Virus record (IMG/VR): IMGVR_UViG_3300017732_000001
DNA from: an uncultured virus (IMG/VR IMGVR_UViG_3300017732_000001)
Lineage: Duplodnaviria; Heunggongvirae; Uroviricota; Caudoviricetes
Length of the DNA: 64,000 nucleotides
Direction: 5' to 3' (one strand)
Under the pieces are notes generated by a model. The model was not told the origin of the DNA, made no database searches, and saw nothing but the letters and a program-made list of their open reading frames with translations. A program made the translations under genes and the position numbers. Numbering within the stretch: position 1 is the first letter of the stretch; each line of letters starts with the position of its first letter. Below, in pieces: positions 43,331 to 51,570 of the stretch.

Positions 43331-44196
43331 TGCCTACTAATTCTTACTTCACACAAGGGACAAGCGGCGAGCAACAACTCGTTGAAGATCTTGTCGTAGA
43401 ACAAATTAAAATGTTTGGTGTAGAACTTTACTACATCCCTAAGACATTGGTTTCTGAGGATACAGTTCTTGGAGAAGATTCTTTGAATTCATTTGACTCT
43501 GCATATCAAATCGAAGGATACCTAGAAAACGTACAGGGGTTTGGTGGAGATGGAGATCTGTTCAGTAAATTTGGTGTAAGGATTGCTGATCAAGTTAACT
43601 TTATTATTGCACGTAAAAGATTTCAAGATCTAGTAGATGATAATACAACACTGGTTGTAGAAGGTAGACCAAATGAAGGAGATTTGATTTACTTCCCTCT
43701 TGCTAATAAGTTATTTTCTATTCAATATGTTGAGCACGAACAACCATTCTATCAATTAAATAAGATCCACGTATGGGGTCTCAAGTGTGAACTCTTCGAA
43801 TACAGTGGAGAGGACCTCGATACTGGCGTCGAAGCAATCGATGTTATCGAGAGAAACCTTGCACAGACTATCACTGTCAACTTTGCTACTGGTGGTACTG
43901 GTACATTTACAGTTGGTGAAGAGATCGCAGGTGGTACATCTAATGTTACTGCCGAAGTTAAGTCTTGGGATTCAACTAATAGACAACTACAAGTGTACAA
44001 CAGGTCTGGTATTTTCACCATTCCTGAAACAGTAACTGGTCAAACTTCAGGTGCTGCCTGGACTACTGCAAGTTACAATACACTAAATAATACGAACTCA
44101 GAGTTTGAAGCGAATTCATCCTTTGAGACTCTTGGGGACGCTCTAATTGACTTTAGTGAAGGTAACCCTTTTGGTGAAATTGGAGGCGCTCAGTAA
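43330..44196 (+). CDS. gp14: Neck protein gp14
   Basis: EQQLVEDLVVEQIKMFG...SKFGVRI...RPNEGDLIYFP...FYQLNK...LKCELFEYS. Confidence 0.93.
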   Translation: MPTNSYFTQGTSGEQQLVEDLVVEQIKMFGVELYYIPKTLVSEDTVLGEDSLNSFDSAYQIEGYLENVQGFGGDGDLFSKFGVRIADQVNFIIARKRFQDLVDDNTTLVVEGRPNEGDLIYFPLANKLFSIQYVEHEQPFYQLNKIHVWGLKCELFEYSGEDLDTGVEAIDVIERNLAQTITVNFATGGTGTFTVGEEIAGGTSNVTAEVKSWDSTNRQLQVYNRSGIFTIPETVTGQTSGAAWTTASYNTLNNTNSEFEANSSFETLGDALIDFSEGNPFGEIGGAQ

Positions 44197-44993
44197 TGTT
44201 AGGAACCTATTCTTACAACGAAATTTTTAGAAAGACTGTTATTGCTTTCGGTACACTGTTCAATAATATTGAAATCAAGCGTACGGAAGGTAGTAGAAGT
44301 GAGGTTATGAAAGTACCCTTGGCATATGGTCCTAAAGATAAGTTCCTTGCACGTCTTAAGCAAGTAGGAGATCTTACAACTAAAGATGCTGTACAGATCA
44401 CACTACCTAGAATCTCTTTTGAGATCTCTGGTTTTGCTTATGATGCTACCAGAAAAGTATCACCCACACAGGTGATTCGTTATACGGGTACTGACAGCAA
44501 GACTAGAAAATCGTTTATGCCAGTCCCATACAATGTGGACTTTGAACTATCGATTATGGCAAAGAACCAAGATGATGGTCTCCAGATTCTTGAACAGATC
44601 TTACCATTCTTTCAACCGATGTTCAACATAACCCTGAATCTTCAGGAAGCGATCGGCGAAGTTAAAGACTTTCCAGTCACATTGAACTCAGTTGTTTATG
44701 AAGATGACTATGAAGGTGATTACACCACACGTAGAACTCTAATCTATACACTTTCGTTCTCTGCTAAAACATATGTTTATGGTCCTGTCTCTGACGTTAC
44801 CAATAAACTTATTAAGAAATCGATCGTGGATACTGCACTGGATTCCAAGACAACTGCAGCACGCGAGATGAGGTACACAGTTCAACCTGATCCTCTCACT
44901 GCAGATCCAGATGATAACTTCGGATTTAATGAACTCTATAGTGAATTCTCAGATGGCAAATCAAGAAACCCAGTCACAGGGGCAGACGAGTAA
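44196..44993 (+). CDS. gp15: Tail sheath stabilizer / tail terminator gp15
   Basis: FRKTVIAFGTLFNNI, KVPLAYGPKDKFL, TLPRISFE, QILEQILPFFQP. Confidence 0.93.
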   Translation: MLGTYSYNEIFRKTVIAFGTLFNNIEIKRTEGSRSEVMKVPLAYGPKDKFLARLKQVGDLTTKDAVQITLPRISFEISGFAYDATRKVSPTQVIRYTGTDSKTRKSFMPVPYNVDFELSIMAKNQDDGLQILEQILPFFQPMFNITLNLQEAIGEVKDFPVTLNSVVYEDDYEGDYTTRRTLIYTLSFSAKTYVYGPVSDVTNKLIKKSIVDTALDSKTTAAREMRYTVQPDPLTADPDDNFGFNELYSEFSDGKSRNPVTGADE

Positions 44994-45402
44994 ATACGAC
45001 GGTATTGAAGATGCTCTTGATGTGGAAACATCCTTGGTAGAACAAGGTAAACCACAAAAGAATAATTCAATTGTACCAAATGTCACTGATCATCAGGTCA
45101 AGGACTATGAGTATTCTCGTGGAAACTTTTACGCACTGATCGAGAAAGGTCAGGAGGCAGTTGATGGTATTCTTGAGTTGGCACAAGAGTCTGACTCACC
45201 TAGAGCATACGAAGTTGCTGGTAATTTAATTAAGAACGTTGCCGATACTGCGGATAAGTTAGCGGACCTTCATAAGAAAATGATGGAGATTGAAGAAGGA
45301 CCGAAGAACAAAGCAGCACAGAACGTTACTAACAATACAATGTTCGTTGGTTCAACAGCGGAACTCGCAAAGTTCCTGAAGCAACAAAAATCTGATAAAT
45401 AG
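44953..45402 (+). CDS. gp16: Terminase small subunit gp16
   Basis: DYEYSRGNFYALIEKGQEA...SDSPRAYEVAG...NNTMFVGSTAEL. ATG 44953 chosen over 44911 because it overlaps gp15 less. Confidence 0.9.
   Translation: MANQETQSQGQTSKYDGIEDALDVETSLVEQGKPQKNNSIVPNVTDHQVKDYEYSRGNFYALIEKGQEAVDGILELAQESDSPRAYEVAGNLIKNVADTADKLADLHKKMMEIEEGPKNKAAQNVTNNTMFVGSTAELAKFLKQQKSDK
45394..45401 (+). promoter_or_regulatory. Late promoter GATAAATA
   Basis: NATAAATA overlapping the gp16 stop, 24 nt before ATG 45426. Confidence 0.7.
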
Positions 45403-45425
45403 TAAAAACAAGTATTAAAAAGTCG

Positions 45426-45977
45426 ATGTCTGTATTAAATGTATTAGATACTACGACAGTGAGTGGATCAGGTACCGCTTATATTGTCGTTAAAACTGGT
45501 GTTGTACGGGCGTATGCTGCTTCCGCTTCAACCATTAAATTCAATGCTGGTCCTGCAATCACACTTGCAGCAGGTGAAGCAGTATTACTTTCCTGTGGGA
45601 AATCAAAAAACATTAGCGTCCACGCCGCTACTAATGCTGCCACAGCAGTTTTCAGCGTTGGTGGAGCGGGCAACGGTACAGGAGCAGGGGGAAGACATAC
45701 ATTCTCAGTCGGTGACTATATCGAAACAGTTGATGGTGGTGATACAAATGGTTTTGGAACAGACTTTGAATCTGCCGCTTCAGGTGGTAAGAAGGTAACT
45801 GCTGTAACTGACCAGACAATCACAACTGATATTGATGCATCTGGTGCAGGTTCTGCATATGTCTTAAGCGATGCAGACATCGTTGCAAACACTGTTCCTA
45901 TGATCAAGAGAACTGTGAAACTCACTGCTGGTAGTGCCGATGTTGTTGTCGAGCAAGTCCAAGTAATTGGTGGTTAA
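45426..45977 (+). CDS. Hypothetical, probably virion-associated beta-rich protein (183 aa)
   Basis: Ala/Gly/Thr/Val-rich ORF downstream of a late promoter. Confidence 0.7.
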   Translation: MSVLNVLDTTTVSGSGTAYIVVKTGVVRAYAASASTIKFNAGPAITLAAGEAVLLSCGKSKNISVHAATNAATAVFSVGGAGNGTGAGGRHTFSVGDYIETVDGGDTNGFGTDFESAASGGKKVTAVTDQTITTDIDASGAGSAYVLSDADIVANTVPMIKRTVKLTAGSADVVVEQVQVIGG

Positions 45978-45978
45978 T

Positions 45979-46662
45979 ATGGAAGCGCAACCCAACAAAG
46001 AAGTTAAAGATCCAAAGAATCAGGCGATCAAGAAGACCAAACAACTTCTAGACCGCAGGCAACTTATGATCAACCTTAGGAAGTTGCAACTCCAAAGAAA
46101 GTCTGTTCAGCAAAAGGGTTCTACCGATATGCACCTACAAACACAATCGTATGCTATAATGGGATTCGGAGAGTTTATCTCCGAGGGTGGTCTCGCCCGT
46201 GCTATGGATAAATCCAAAACCAAAGTGACTGGACATATCAGTGCTGACCGTGGTTCTGATGAAAAGAAGAACCGTGGTAAAAGAAAAGATCTTGAGAAAG
46301 GTCTGAAGAAGCACGGTATTGGTCACAAGAAAGGTGTTGGAGAATATAAATATGATTCAGGTGAGACAGGTCGTGAGGTTTCGTACCACACTACCAAACC
46401 CGATAAAATGTCGAAACGTAGATTCGGCAAAGTGATGCGCCGTCTGGGTCGTAAGCACGGACAAGAATCTGTGATTACTAAAGACAAGGACAAGTCTGCT
46501 AAACTTCACTACACAGATAAGGGAAGTAAGGCAAAGTCTGACAGCGTTGGCAAAACAAAAGCAGGAAAGCACCCTGCAGGATATGGTGAAACATCATCCA
46601 CTAAGGTGCGTTCAGGCAAACTACCATCTAAATCTAAGGACAGAAAGTTTCATTATGGCTGA
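45979..46662 (+). CDS. Highly basic protein, candidate internal head protein
   Basis: ATG 45979, very Lys/Arg-rich. Contains MGFGEFISE-G (internal ATG 46159), resembling the T4 internal-protein capsid-targeting/cleavage sequence. Confidence 0.65.
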   Translation: MEAQPNKEVKDPKNQAIKKTKQLLDRRQLMINLRKLQLQRKSVQQKGSTDMHLQTQSYAIMGFGEFISEGGLARAMDKSKTKVTGHISADRGSDEKKNRGKRKDLEKGLKKHGIGHKKGVGEYKYDSGETGREVSYHTTKPDKMSKRRFGKVMRRLGRKHGQESVITKDKDKSAKLHYTDKGSKAKSDSVGKTKAGKHPAGYGETSSTKVRSGKLPSKSKDRKFHYG

Positions 46663-46798
46663 TCAAAACGACAACGCACAGTGGGTATGCCAGTATTGTG
46701 GATTAACTTCACCCCAAGGACATTGGCGTCCTAAAACCTGGATCGAAAAGCACGAAGCAAATTGTGCATCCAACCCTAAAAACAACAAGGAAAAATGA
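46655..46798 (+). CDS. Small zinc-finger-like protein (47 aa)
   Basis: MADQNDNAQWVCQYCG...KHEANC (CxxC...HxxxC). ATG 46655 is preferred to the longer track start. Confidence 0.6.
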   Translation: MADQNDNAQWVCQYCGLTSPQGHWRPKTWIEKHEANCASNPKNNKEK

Positions 46799-47331
46799 AA
46801 TCGTTCAGAGAATTCCAAGACACTAAAGATGACCCCATCGAAGAAGGTGTGGGACTCTCTGTAGCGCGAGCAATTGATAAAACTAATCCTCCTATTGGTA
46901 GACCTTCTGCCAGAAGAAAGATCTCTCACGCATTAAAGATGAGAGAGATTCGTAATGATACGAAGAGAAATAAAGAGAAAGATAATCCATACTCAGCAGG
47001 TAAAGTTGCTAAGGCAGCACTTGGTGGTAAGGATAGTAAGAAGAAAAAGAAACCAGAAAAATCTCCTGTCTCCTTCCTACAGGACAAGGACGTAAATGAA
47101 AGTGCTTGGCAAAGAAAGGAAGGAAAGAATAAAGAAGGTGGACTCAACGAAAAGGGCAGAAAATCTTATGAGAGAGAAAATCCTGGGTCTGATCTTAAAG
47201 CACCTCAACCTGAAGGGGGTCCTAGGAAAAGATCTTTCTGCGCTAGAATGGGTGGAGTCAAAGGACCGATGAAAGATGAGAAAGGTAAACCCACTCGTAA
47301 AGCATTAGCATTACGCAAGTGGAAGTGCTAA
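46795..47331 (+). CDS. Basic protein, candidate internal head protein (DUF6321-like C-terminus; 178 aa)
   Basis: N-terminus MKSFREFQ...PIEE-G, internal VNE-SAW, C-terminal GKNKEGGLNEKGRKSY...RKRSFCARMGG...ALRKWKC. Confidence 0.7.
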   Translation: MKSFREFQDTKDDPIEEGVGLSVARAIDKTNPPIGRPSARRKISHALKMREIRNDTKRNKEKDNPYSAGKVAKAALGGKDSKKKKKPEKSPVSFLQDKDVNESAWQRKEGKNKEGGLNEKGRKSYERENPGSDLKAPQPEGGPRKRSFCARMGGVKGPMKDEKGKPTRKALALRKWKC

Positions 47332-47432
47332 TGGATAAAAATATTGGTAGAGCAAAGTTTCACCTTGCGGTAACGGATCTCTTCGCAAAGAGTTTCTTGA
47401 CATATATCATTTATTATCCTAAATTCTTCTAG
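47331..47432 (+). CDS. Possible 33-aa peptide (MDKNIGRAKFHLAVTDLFAKSFLTYIIYYPKFF)
   Basis: TAATG-coupled to the upstream gene, but overlaps a predicted promoter and is below the track cutoff. Confidence 0.3.
   Translation: MDKNIGRAKFHLAVTDLFAKSFLTYIIYYPKFF
47397..47425 (+). promoter_or_regulatory. Host sigma70-type (early/middle) promoter
   Basis: TTGACA (47397-47402), 17-nt spacer, TAAATT (47420-47425), upstream of the 85-aa ORF and petE. Confidence 0.6.
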
Positions 47433-47452
47433 TAACCTGTGGGAGACCACCA

Positions 47453-47710
47453 ATGCAATTTGAGCAAAAGGTTTGTGACAAATGTGGTGCTACTTGGTTA
47501 AACGGTGAACACCGTTGGACTGGTACTGGCGCTAAAGGTAACGAACTAGACTTAGCAGGATTAGTATGCAATAATATTAGTGATACCGATCCAGATTACG
47601 ACAAGTGCATCAACCCTAAGAGAGGGCAAATAGGTGGTGATACTTGGGATTATCGACGTGGTTTTGTTGACGGTGCAATCAGTGTGTTTGGTAAAAACAG
47701 GGATTCCTGA
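47453..47710 (+). CDS. Hypothetical protein with CxxC (85 aa)
   Basis: GGGAG RBS; KVCDKCGATWLNGEHRW...DLAGLVCN...CINP. Confidence 0.75.
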   Translation: MQFEQKVCDKCGATWLNGEHRWTGTGAKGNELDLAGLVCNNISDTDPDYDKCINPKRGQIGGDTWDYRRGFVDGAISVFGKNRDS

Positions 47711-47737
47711 CTAACCATAAACTCATTTTTGTACACA

Positions 47738-47745
47738 GTTAAATA
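47738..47745 (+). promoter_or_regulatory. Possible late promoter (GTTAAATA) upstream of petE
   Basis: TAAATA core in the intergenic region, 22 nt before the petE ATG. Confidence 0.4.
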
Positions 47746-47767
47746 CTTCTAGTTGATAAACTTAAGT

Positions 47768-48091
47768 ATGAAGTTCATTTTAGCATTCGTTGCTACGTTG
47801 TTCTTTGCATTCCCTGTGTATGCTGTTGATGTAACTATGGGAAGCAATGGAAACCTAGTTTTCGAACCTAACGATATTACCATATCTGCAGGTGATACTG
47901 TTCACTTTGTGAATAATATGTTGCCTCCACATAATATCATTGTAGAAGGTCGAGCAGATTTATCCAGAGAGTCTCTTATGTTCTCCCCTGGTGAATCTCA
48001 AGACATCCTTTTTGCTGATGCTGGAGACTACGAATTCTTTTGTGGTCCACATCAAGGAGCAGGAATGACTGGAACAATTCACGTAAACTAA
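47768..48091 (+). CDS. petE: Plastocyanin (auxiliary metabolic gene)
   Basis: Signal peptide MKFILAFVATLFFAFPVYA, then VTMGSNGNLVFEP...GDTVHFVNNMLPPHN...YEFFCGPHQGAGMTGTIHV with all four Cu ligands (H, C, H, M). Confidence 0.95.
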   Translation: MKFILAFVATLFFAFPVYAVDVTMGSNGNLVFEPNDITISAGDTVHFVNNMLPPHNIIVEGRADLSRESLMFSPGESQDILFADAGDYEFFCGPHQGAGMTGTIHVN

Positions 48092-48092
48092 A

Positions 48093-48437
48093 ATGACTCA
48101 AACACCAGAAAAACCAGAGATAAAAGACGTAACCGATTCACCAAAAGATTGGGAAGATTTTTGGGCATCCGAAGATATTATAGACTTCGATTTCCATCTA
48201 CCCGAACTTGGAGACGAACCAATGACAAATCGTTTTAAAGAAATTCTACCCAACCATCCAACACGTGATGAAGTGGATGAAATGATTGAAGATAAGATTC
48301 GTAGGCATAATCGTAATGCTTCACTTATTAGTATGTTGCTTGGATTCGCATTCCTTGGTGCGTTTGTCGATGGTTTTCTGAGAGTCATTGGAAAGATCGC
48401 ACCATTCTTAGGAATAGATGTAAACATAATGGGTTAG
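48093..48437 (+). CDS. Hypothetical membrane protein (114 aa)
   Basis: Acidic N-terminus, then EVDEMIEDKIRRHNRNASLISMLLGFAFLGAFVDGFLRVIG (TM helix). Confidence 0.7.
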   Translation: MTQTPEKPEIKDVTDSPKDWEDFWASEDIIDFDFHLPELGDEPMTNRFKEILPNHPTRDEVDEMIEDKIRRHNRNASLISMLLGFAFLGAFVDGFLRVIGKIAPFLGIDVNIMG

Positions 48438-48647
48438 ATGGAACTAGTTCTTAGGACTCACGAAAATTACGGTGACCCCGTATGGGGTGTTATCTGGATG
48501 GTTGCAATCCTTCTCATAATAGTAAGTTGGTATATCTACTACATATTGAAAGGATCATTCAAGGAGATGAACGATGGCAGAAATGGTGCCCCCGAGCAGG
48601 AAGAGTTGTTACAACTTCCGAGTGACGGAGATCAACAGAGTCCTTGA
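48438..48647 (+). CDS. Small membrane protein (69 aa)
   Basis: Single TM segment PVWGVIWMVAILLIIVSWYIYYIL. Confidence 0.65.
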   Translation: MELVLRTHENYGDPVWGVIWMVAILLIIVSWYIYYILKGSFKEMNDGRNGAPEQEELLQLPSDGDQQSP

Positions 48648-49035
48648 CGGGGACACTATTGACGTAACAATCGATCTTGGTTTCGAACTATATAAAAAAG
48701 AACGGGTAAGAATTGCAGGAGTCGATACTCCTGAGAAAAGAACCCGTAATCTAGAAGAGAAAGCACTTGGTATCGATGCAACAAATTGGCTCAAAGGTAA
48801 ACTTGAATCAACCATTGCTGGTGATGATCAGTTGTTTATTAGGACTGAACTTGTTGGTGGTGTCGGTAAGTATGGGCGTCTTCTTGGATGGTTATATATT
48901 GGGGACGAGTCAGTGTCAATCAACGAAGAAATGATTGGTGAGGGTTATGCTTGGCCATATGATGGCGGCACAAAACAAAAAGACTTTGAAGAATTAAGAC
49001 AACTTCGTAGAGCACGAGGCACACTTACTGAATAA
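48574..49035 (+). CDS. Staphylococcal nuclease (thermonuclease)-like protein
   Basis: RVLDGDTIDV...RVRIAGVDTPE...GKYGRLLG...INEEMIGEGYA are the catalytic motifs of the SNase family. Confidence 0.88.
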   Translation: MAEMVPPSRKSCYNFRVTEINRVLDGDTIDVTIDLGFELYKKERVRIAGVDTPEKRTRNLEEKALGIDATNWLKGKLESTIAGDDQLFIRTELVGGVGKYGRLLGWLYIGDESVSINEEMIGEGYAWPYDGGTKQKDFEELRQLRRARGTLTE

Positions 49036-49039
49036 TCTA

Positions 49040-49243
49040 ATGAAACAGAAACTAATTGAAGCAGTTAAACTGCACGCCCTAGGGAACATTGAAAAGCATA
49101 AGATGAACGTCGAAGTTTATCTTACCAATCCTGTTGGTATCGGAGAGCATCCAGATATTATGGCAGCGATTGAAAGTGAACTAGATCAAATCTCACATTA
49201 TCACGATCAACTAGAGGTACTAGAAAAGTATATCGAAAACTAA
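49040..49243 (+). CDS. Conserved hypothetical phage protein (67 aa)
   Basis: HKMNVEVYLTNPVGIGEHPDIMAAIESEL, a motif familiar from T4-like marine phages. Confidence 0.75.
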   Translation: MKQKLIEAVKLHALGNIEKHKMNVEVYLTNPVGIGEHPDIMAAIESELDQISHYHDQLEVLEKYIEN

Positions 49244-49513
49244 ATGAACAACTTTGAAGCATTTCTTTATCTTGGATGTTTAGTCGCTATTGGTGGTGCT
49301 GCGTTTGCAATGATGTGGAGTAATATTCAATCTATTAATATAGAGATGAGTAAACCTCCCACACCAAAGCATCCTGAAGCACCCCAACCAGGTGAAGAAC
49401 TAATGTCTGTAAGGTTTAGAGAGATCGAGGTTTCTGAGGAAGAGTACGACGGGTATCAAGAACTGAAGAAGCGTATAGATAGTTTGAAAGAGAAGGAAGA
49501 AGATGGGTCTTGA
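49244..49513 (+). CDS. DUF2973-like small membrane protein (89 aa)
   Basis: N-terminal TM (FLYLGCLVAIGGAAFAMMW) followed by KHPE...GEELMSVRF, as in the cyanobacterial DUF2973 family (recalled, not searched). Confidence 0.6.
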   Translation: MNNFEAFLYLGCLVAIGGAAFAMMWSNIQSINIEMSKPPTPKHPEAPQPGEELMSVRFREIEVSEEEYDGYQELKKRIDSLKEKEEDGS

Positions 49514-51149
49514 TGCATATCTAGGCAACCCCAATTTAAAGAAGGCAAACGTACATACTAACTTCACACCCAAACAGGTGAAGGAGTTTATTAAATGTGC
49601 GGGTGATCCTATTTACTTTATTAAGACATACATTAAAATTGTGTCGCTGGATGAGGGTGTCATCCCATTTAATCTGTACGATTTCCAAGAGGAGATGGTA
49701 GATAGATTCCACGAGAATAGATTTAATATTGCTAAGTTACCAAGACAAAGTGGTAAGTCAACGGTTGTTACCGCATATCTATTATGGTATGTAATCTTTA
49801 ACGATAACGTCAATGTCGCAATCCTCGCAAACAAAGCAGCAACTGCACGAGAAATGCTTGGACGTTTACAACTCAGTTATGAGAATCTTCCTAAATGGAT
49901 GCAGCAAGGTATTATTGGTTGGAACAAAGGGTCAGTGGAATTGGAGAACGGAAGTAAACTCCTTGCTGCATCTACTAGCGCTAGTGCCGTCAGGGGTATG
50001 TCTTTTAACGTCATATTTCTGGACGAATTCGCGTTCGTTCCGAATAACATTGCAGATCAGTTTTTTAGTTCTGTCTATCCTACTATTTCTTCTGGTAAAT
50101 CCACTAAGGTTATTATCATCTCTACCCCTCACGGGATGAATATGTACTACAAACTCTGGCACGATGCAGAGCGTGGTACTAATGAATATATCCCTACAGA
50201 AGTTCACTGGTCTCAGGTACCAGGAAGAGATGCTGATTGGAAAGCACAAACAATCCGTAACACAAGTGAACAACAGTTCCGTGTTGAGTTTGAATGTGAG
50301 TTCCTTGGATCTGTAGATACTCTGATCTCTCCCAGTAAGTTGAGAGTGATGACATATGACGAACCAATAGAAAAACAAAATGGTCTTGATGTATTCAGTA
50401 AACCAGAAGCGGAACATAATTATACGATGACAGTGGACGTAGCAAGAGGTATTGATGGAGACTACAGTGCATTCACACTGTTCGATACAACTACCGTTCC
50501 ATATAAGTTAGTTGCTAAGTATAGAAATAATGAAGTTAAACCTATGTTATTCCCTGATATTATTTGTCAGGTTGCAAGAGCATATAACCACGCTTACATT
50601 CTTGTAGAAATAAATGACATTGGTGGTCAGGTTGCAGATATTATACAGTATGATCTTGAGTATGACAATCTACTAATGGCAGCAATGCGTGGTAGAGCAG
50701 GACAAGTTGTCGGTCAAGGATTCTCTGGTGGTAAGGTACAACTGGGTGTCAAGATGTCAACCTCTGTTAAAAAGATTGGTTGTTCTAACCTGAAGCAGTT
50801 GCTAGAAGATGATAAGTTAGTTCTATGTGATTATGATATTATCTCTGAACTAACTACCTTCATTCAAAAAGGGCAGTCGTGGGCAGCAGAAGAAGGTTGC
50901 AACGATGACCTTGCTATGTGTCTTGTGATGTTCTCTTGGTTGGCAGTACAGGATTATTTTAAAGAACTCCACGATAACGACATTCGTGCTAGAATGTATC
51001 AAGAACAACGCGAAGCAATTGAAGCGGATATGGCACCCTTTGGATTTATGGATGATGGTCTCACTAACGAATCATTCGTAGACCCCGAAGGACAAGTCTG
51101 GCATACCGATGAATATGGCGATCGCTCCTATATGTGGGATTACAAATGA
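49503..51149 (+). CDS. gp17: Terminase large subunit gp17
   Basis: YLGNPNLKKAN, Walker A PRQSGKST, Walker B IFLDEFAF, ISTPHG, nuclease DVARG...DYSAF, and NDDLAM. Confidence 0.97.
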   Translation: MGLDAYLGNPNLKKANVHTNFTPKQVKEFIKCAGDPIYFIKTYIKIVSLDEGVIPFNLYDFQEEMVDRFHENRFNIAKLPRQSGKSTVVTAYLLWYVIFNDNVNVAILANKAATAREMLGRLQLSYENLPKWMQQGIIGWNKGSVELENGSKLLAASTSASAVRGMSFNVIFLDEFAFVPNNIADQFFSSVYPTISSGKSTKVIIISTPHGMNMYYKLWHDAERGTNEYIPTEVHWSQVPGRDADWKAQTIRNTSEQQFRVEFECEFLGSVDTLISPSKLRVMTYDEPIEKQNGLDVFSKPEAEHNYTMTVDVARGIDGDYSAFTLFDTTTVPYKLVAKYRNNEVKPMLFPDIICQVARAYNHAYILVEINDIGGQVADIIQYDLEYDNLLMAAMRGRAGQVVGQGFSGGKVQLGVKMSTSVKKIGCSNLKQLLEDDKLVLCDYDIISELTTFIQKGQSWAAEEGCNDDLAMCLVMFSWLAVQDYFKELHDNDIRARMYQEQREAIEADMAPFGFMDDGLTNESFVDPEGQVWHTDEYGDRSYMWDYK

Positions 51150-51256
51150 GTACGGAAGGCATTTTACTTAACCTAGCAACAGCACTAATAACCTTAGTGT
51201 TGTTTTCTTTTGGATTCGTACTAGGTTACGCAGCAAGGAAGAGTGAGGAACAGTGA
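51146..51256 (+). CDS. 36-aa single-TM peptide (MSTEGILLNLATALITLVLFSFGFVLGYAARKSEEQ)
   Basis: ATGA overlap with the gp17 stop and GTGA overlap with the next gene; fills the gap exactly. Missing from the ORF track. Confidence 0.6.
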   Translation: MSTEGILLNLATALITLVLFSFGFVLGYAARKSEEQ

Positions 51257-51486
51257 GTATAGAAGACGAACTGGGTCTAGAGCAGTTCCTCTTTGTTGAT
51301 AGGCAATGTAGAAAATGCCTGAGAACTCTCTCGCTCACTGATAATTTTTATAAGACTAGAAAAGACAGAGGACAAAACCCCTCTGCATATTCGTATGAAT
51401 GCAAATACTGTACAAAGAAAAGAATAAGTAAGACTAGAAATTCAAAACCAAAGCAGCGTAAGGAGTTTGACTATCCCGACTGGTAA
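51253..51486 (+). CDS. Zinc-binding hypothetical protein (77 aa)
   Basis: CRKC...FYKTRK...YSYECKYC, an ORF type typical between gp17 and gp18 in cyanophages. Confidence 0.75.
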   Translation: MSIEDELGLEQFLFVDRQCRKCLRTLSLTDNFYKTRKDRGQNPSAYSYECKYCTKKRISKTRNSKPKQRKEFDYPDW

Positions 51487-51524
51487 TGTTCACGTTCCGT
51501 TTCCCCGCTTGAACAGTACCTTTT

Positions 51525-51532
51525 ACTAAATA
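51525..51532 (+). promoter_or_regulatory. Late promoter ACTAAATA
   Basis: Intergenic, upstream of gp18, which has an AGGAG RBS. Confidence 0.7.
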
Positions 51533-51570
51533 ATATCAGCATAGATTGAGATTTTTTCAGGAGCTAACCA

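Noticed and set aside
46152..46160. TGCTATAAT extended -10 element inside the basic-protein gene
   Set aside because: No -35, and it overlaps the internal ATG it might serve. It cannot be distinguished from chance in AT-rich DNA.
51118..51125. HIP1 octamer GCGATCGC (also at 60044-60051)
   Set aside because: Only two copies noticed in 64 kb, so there is no evidence of HIP1-type over-representation.
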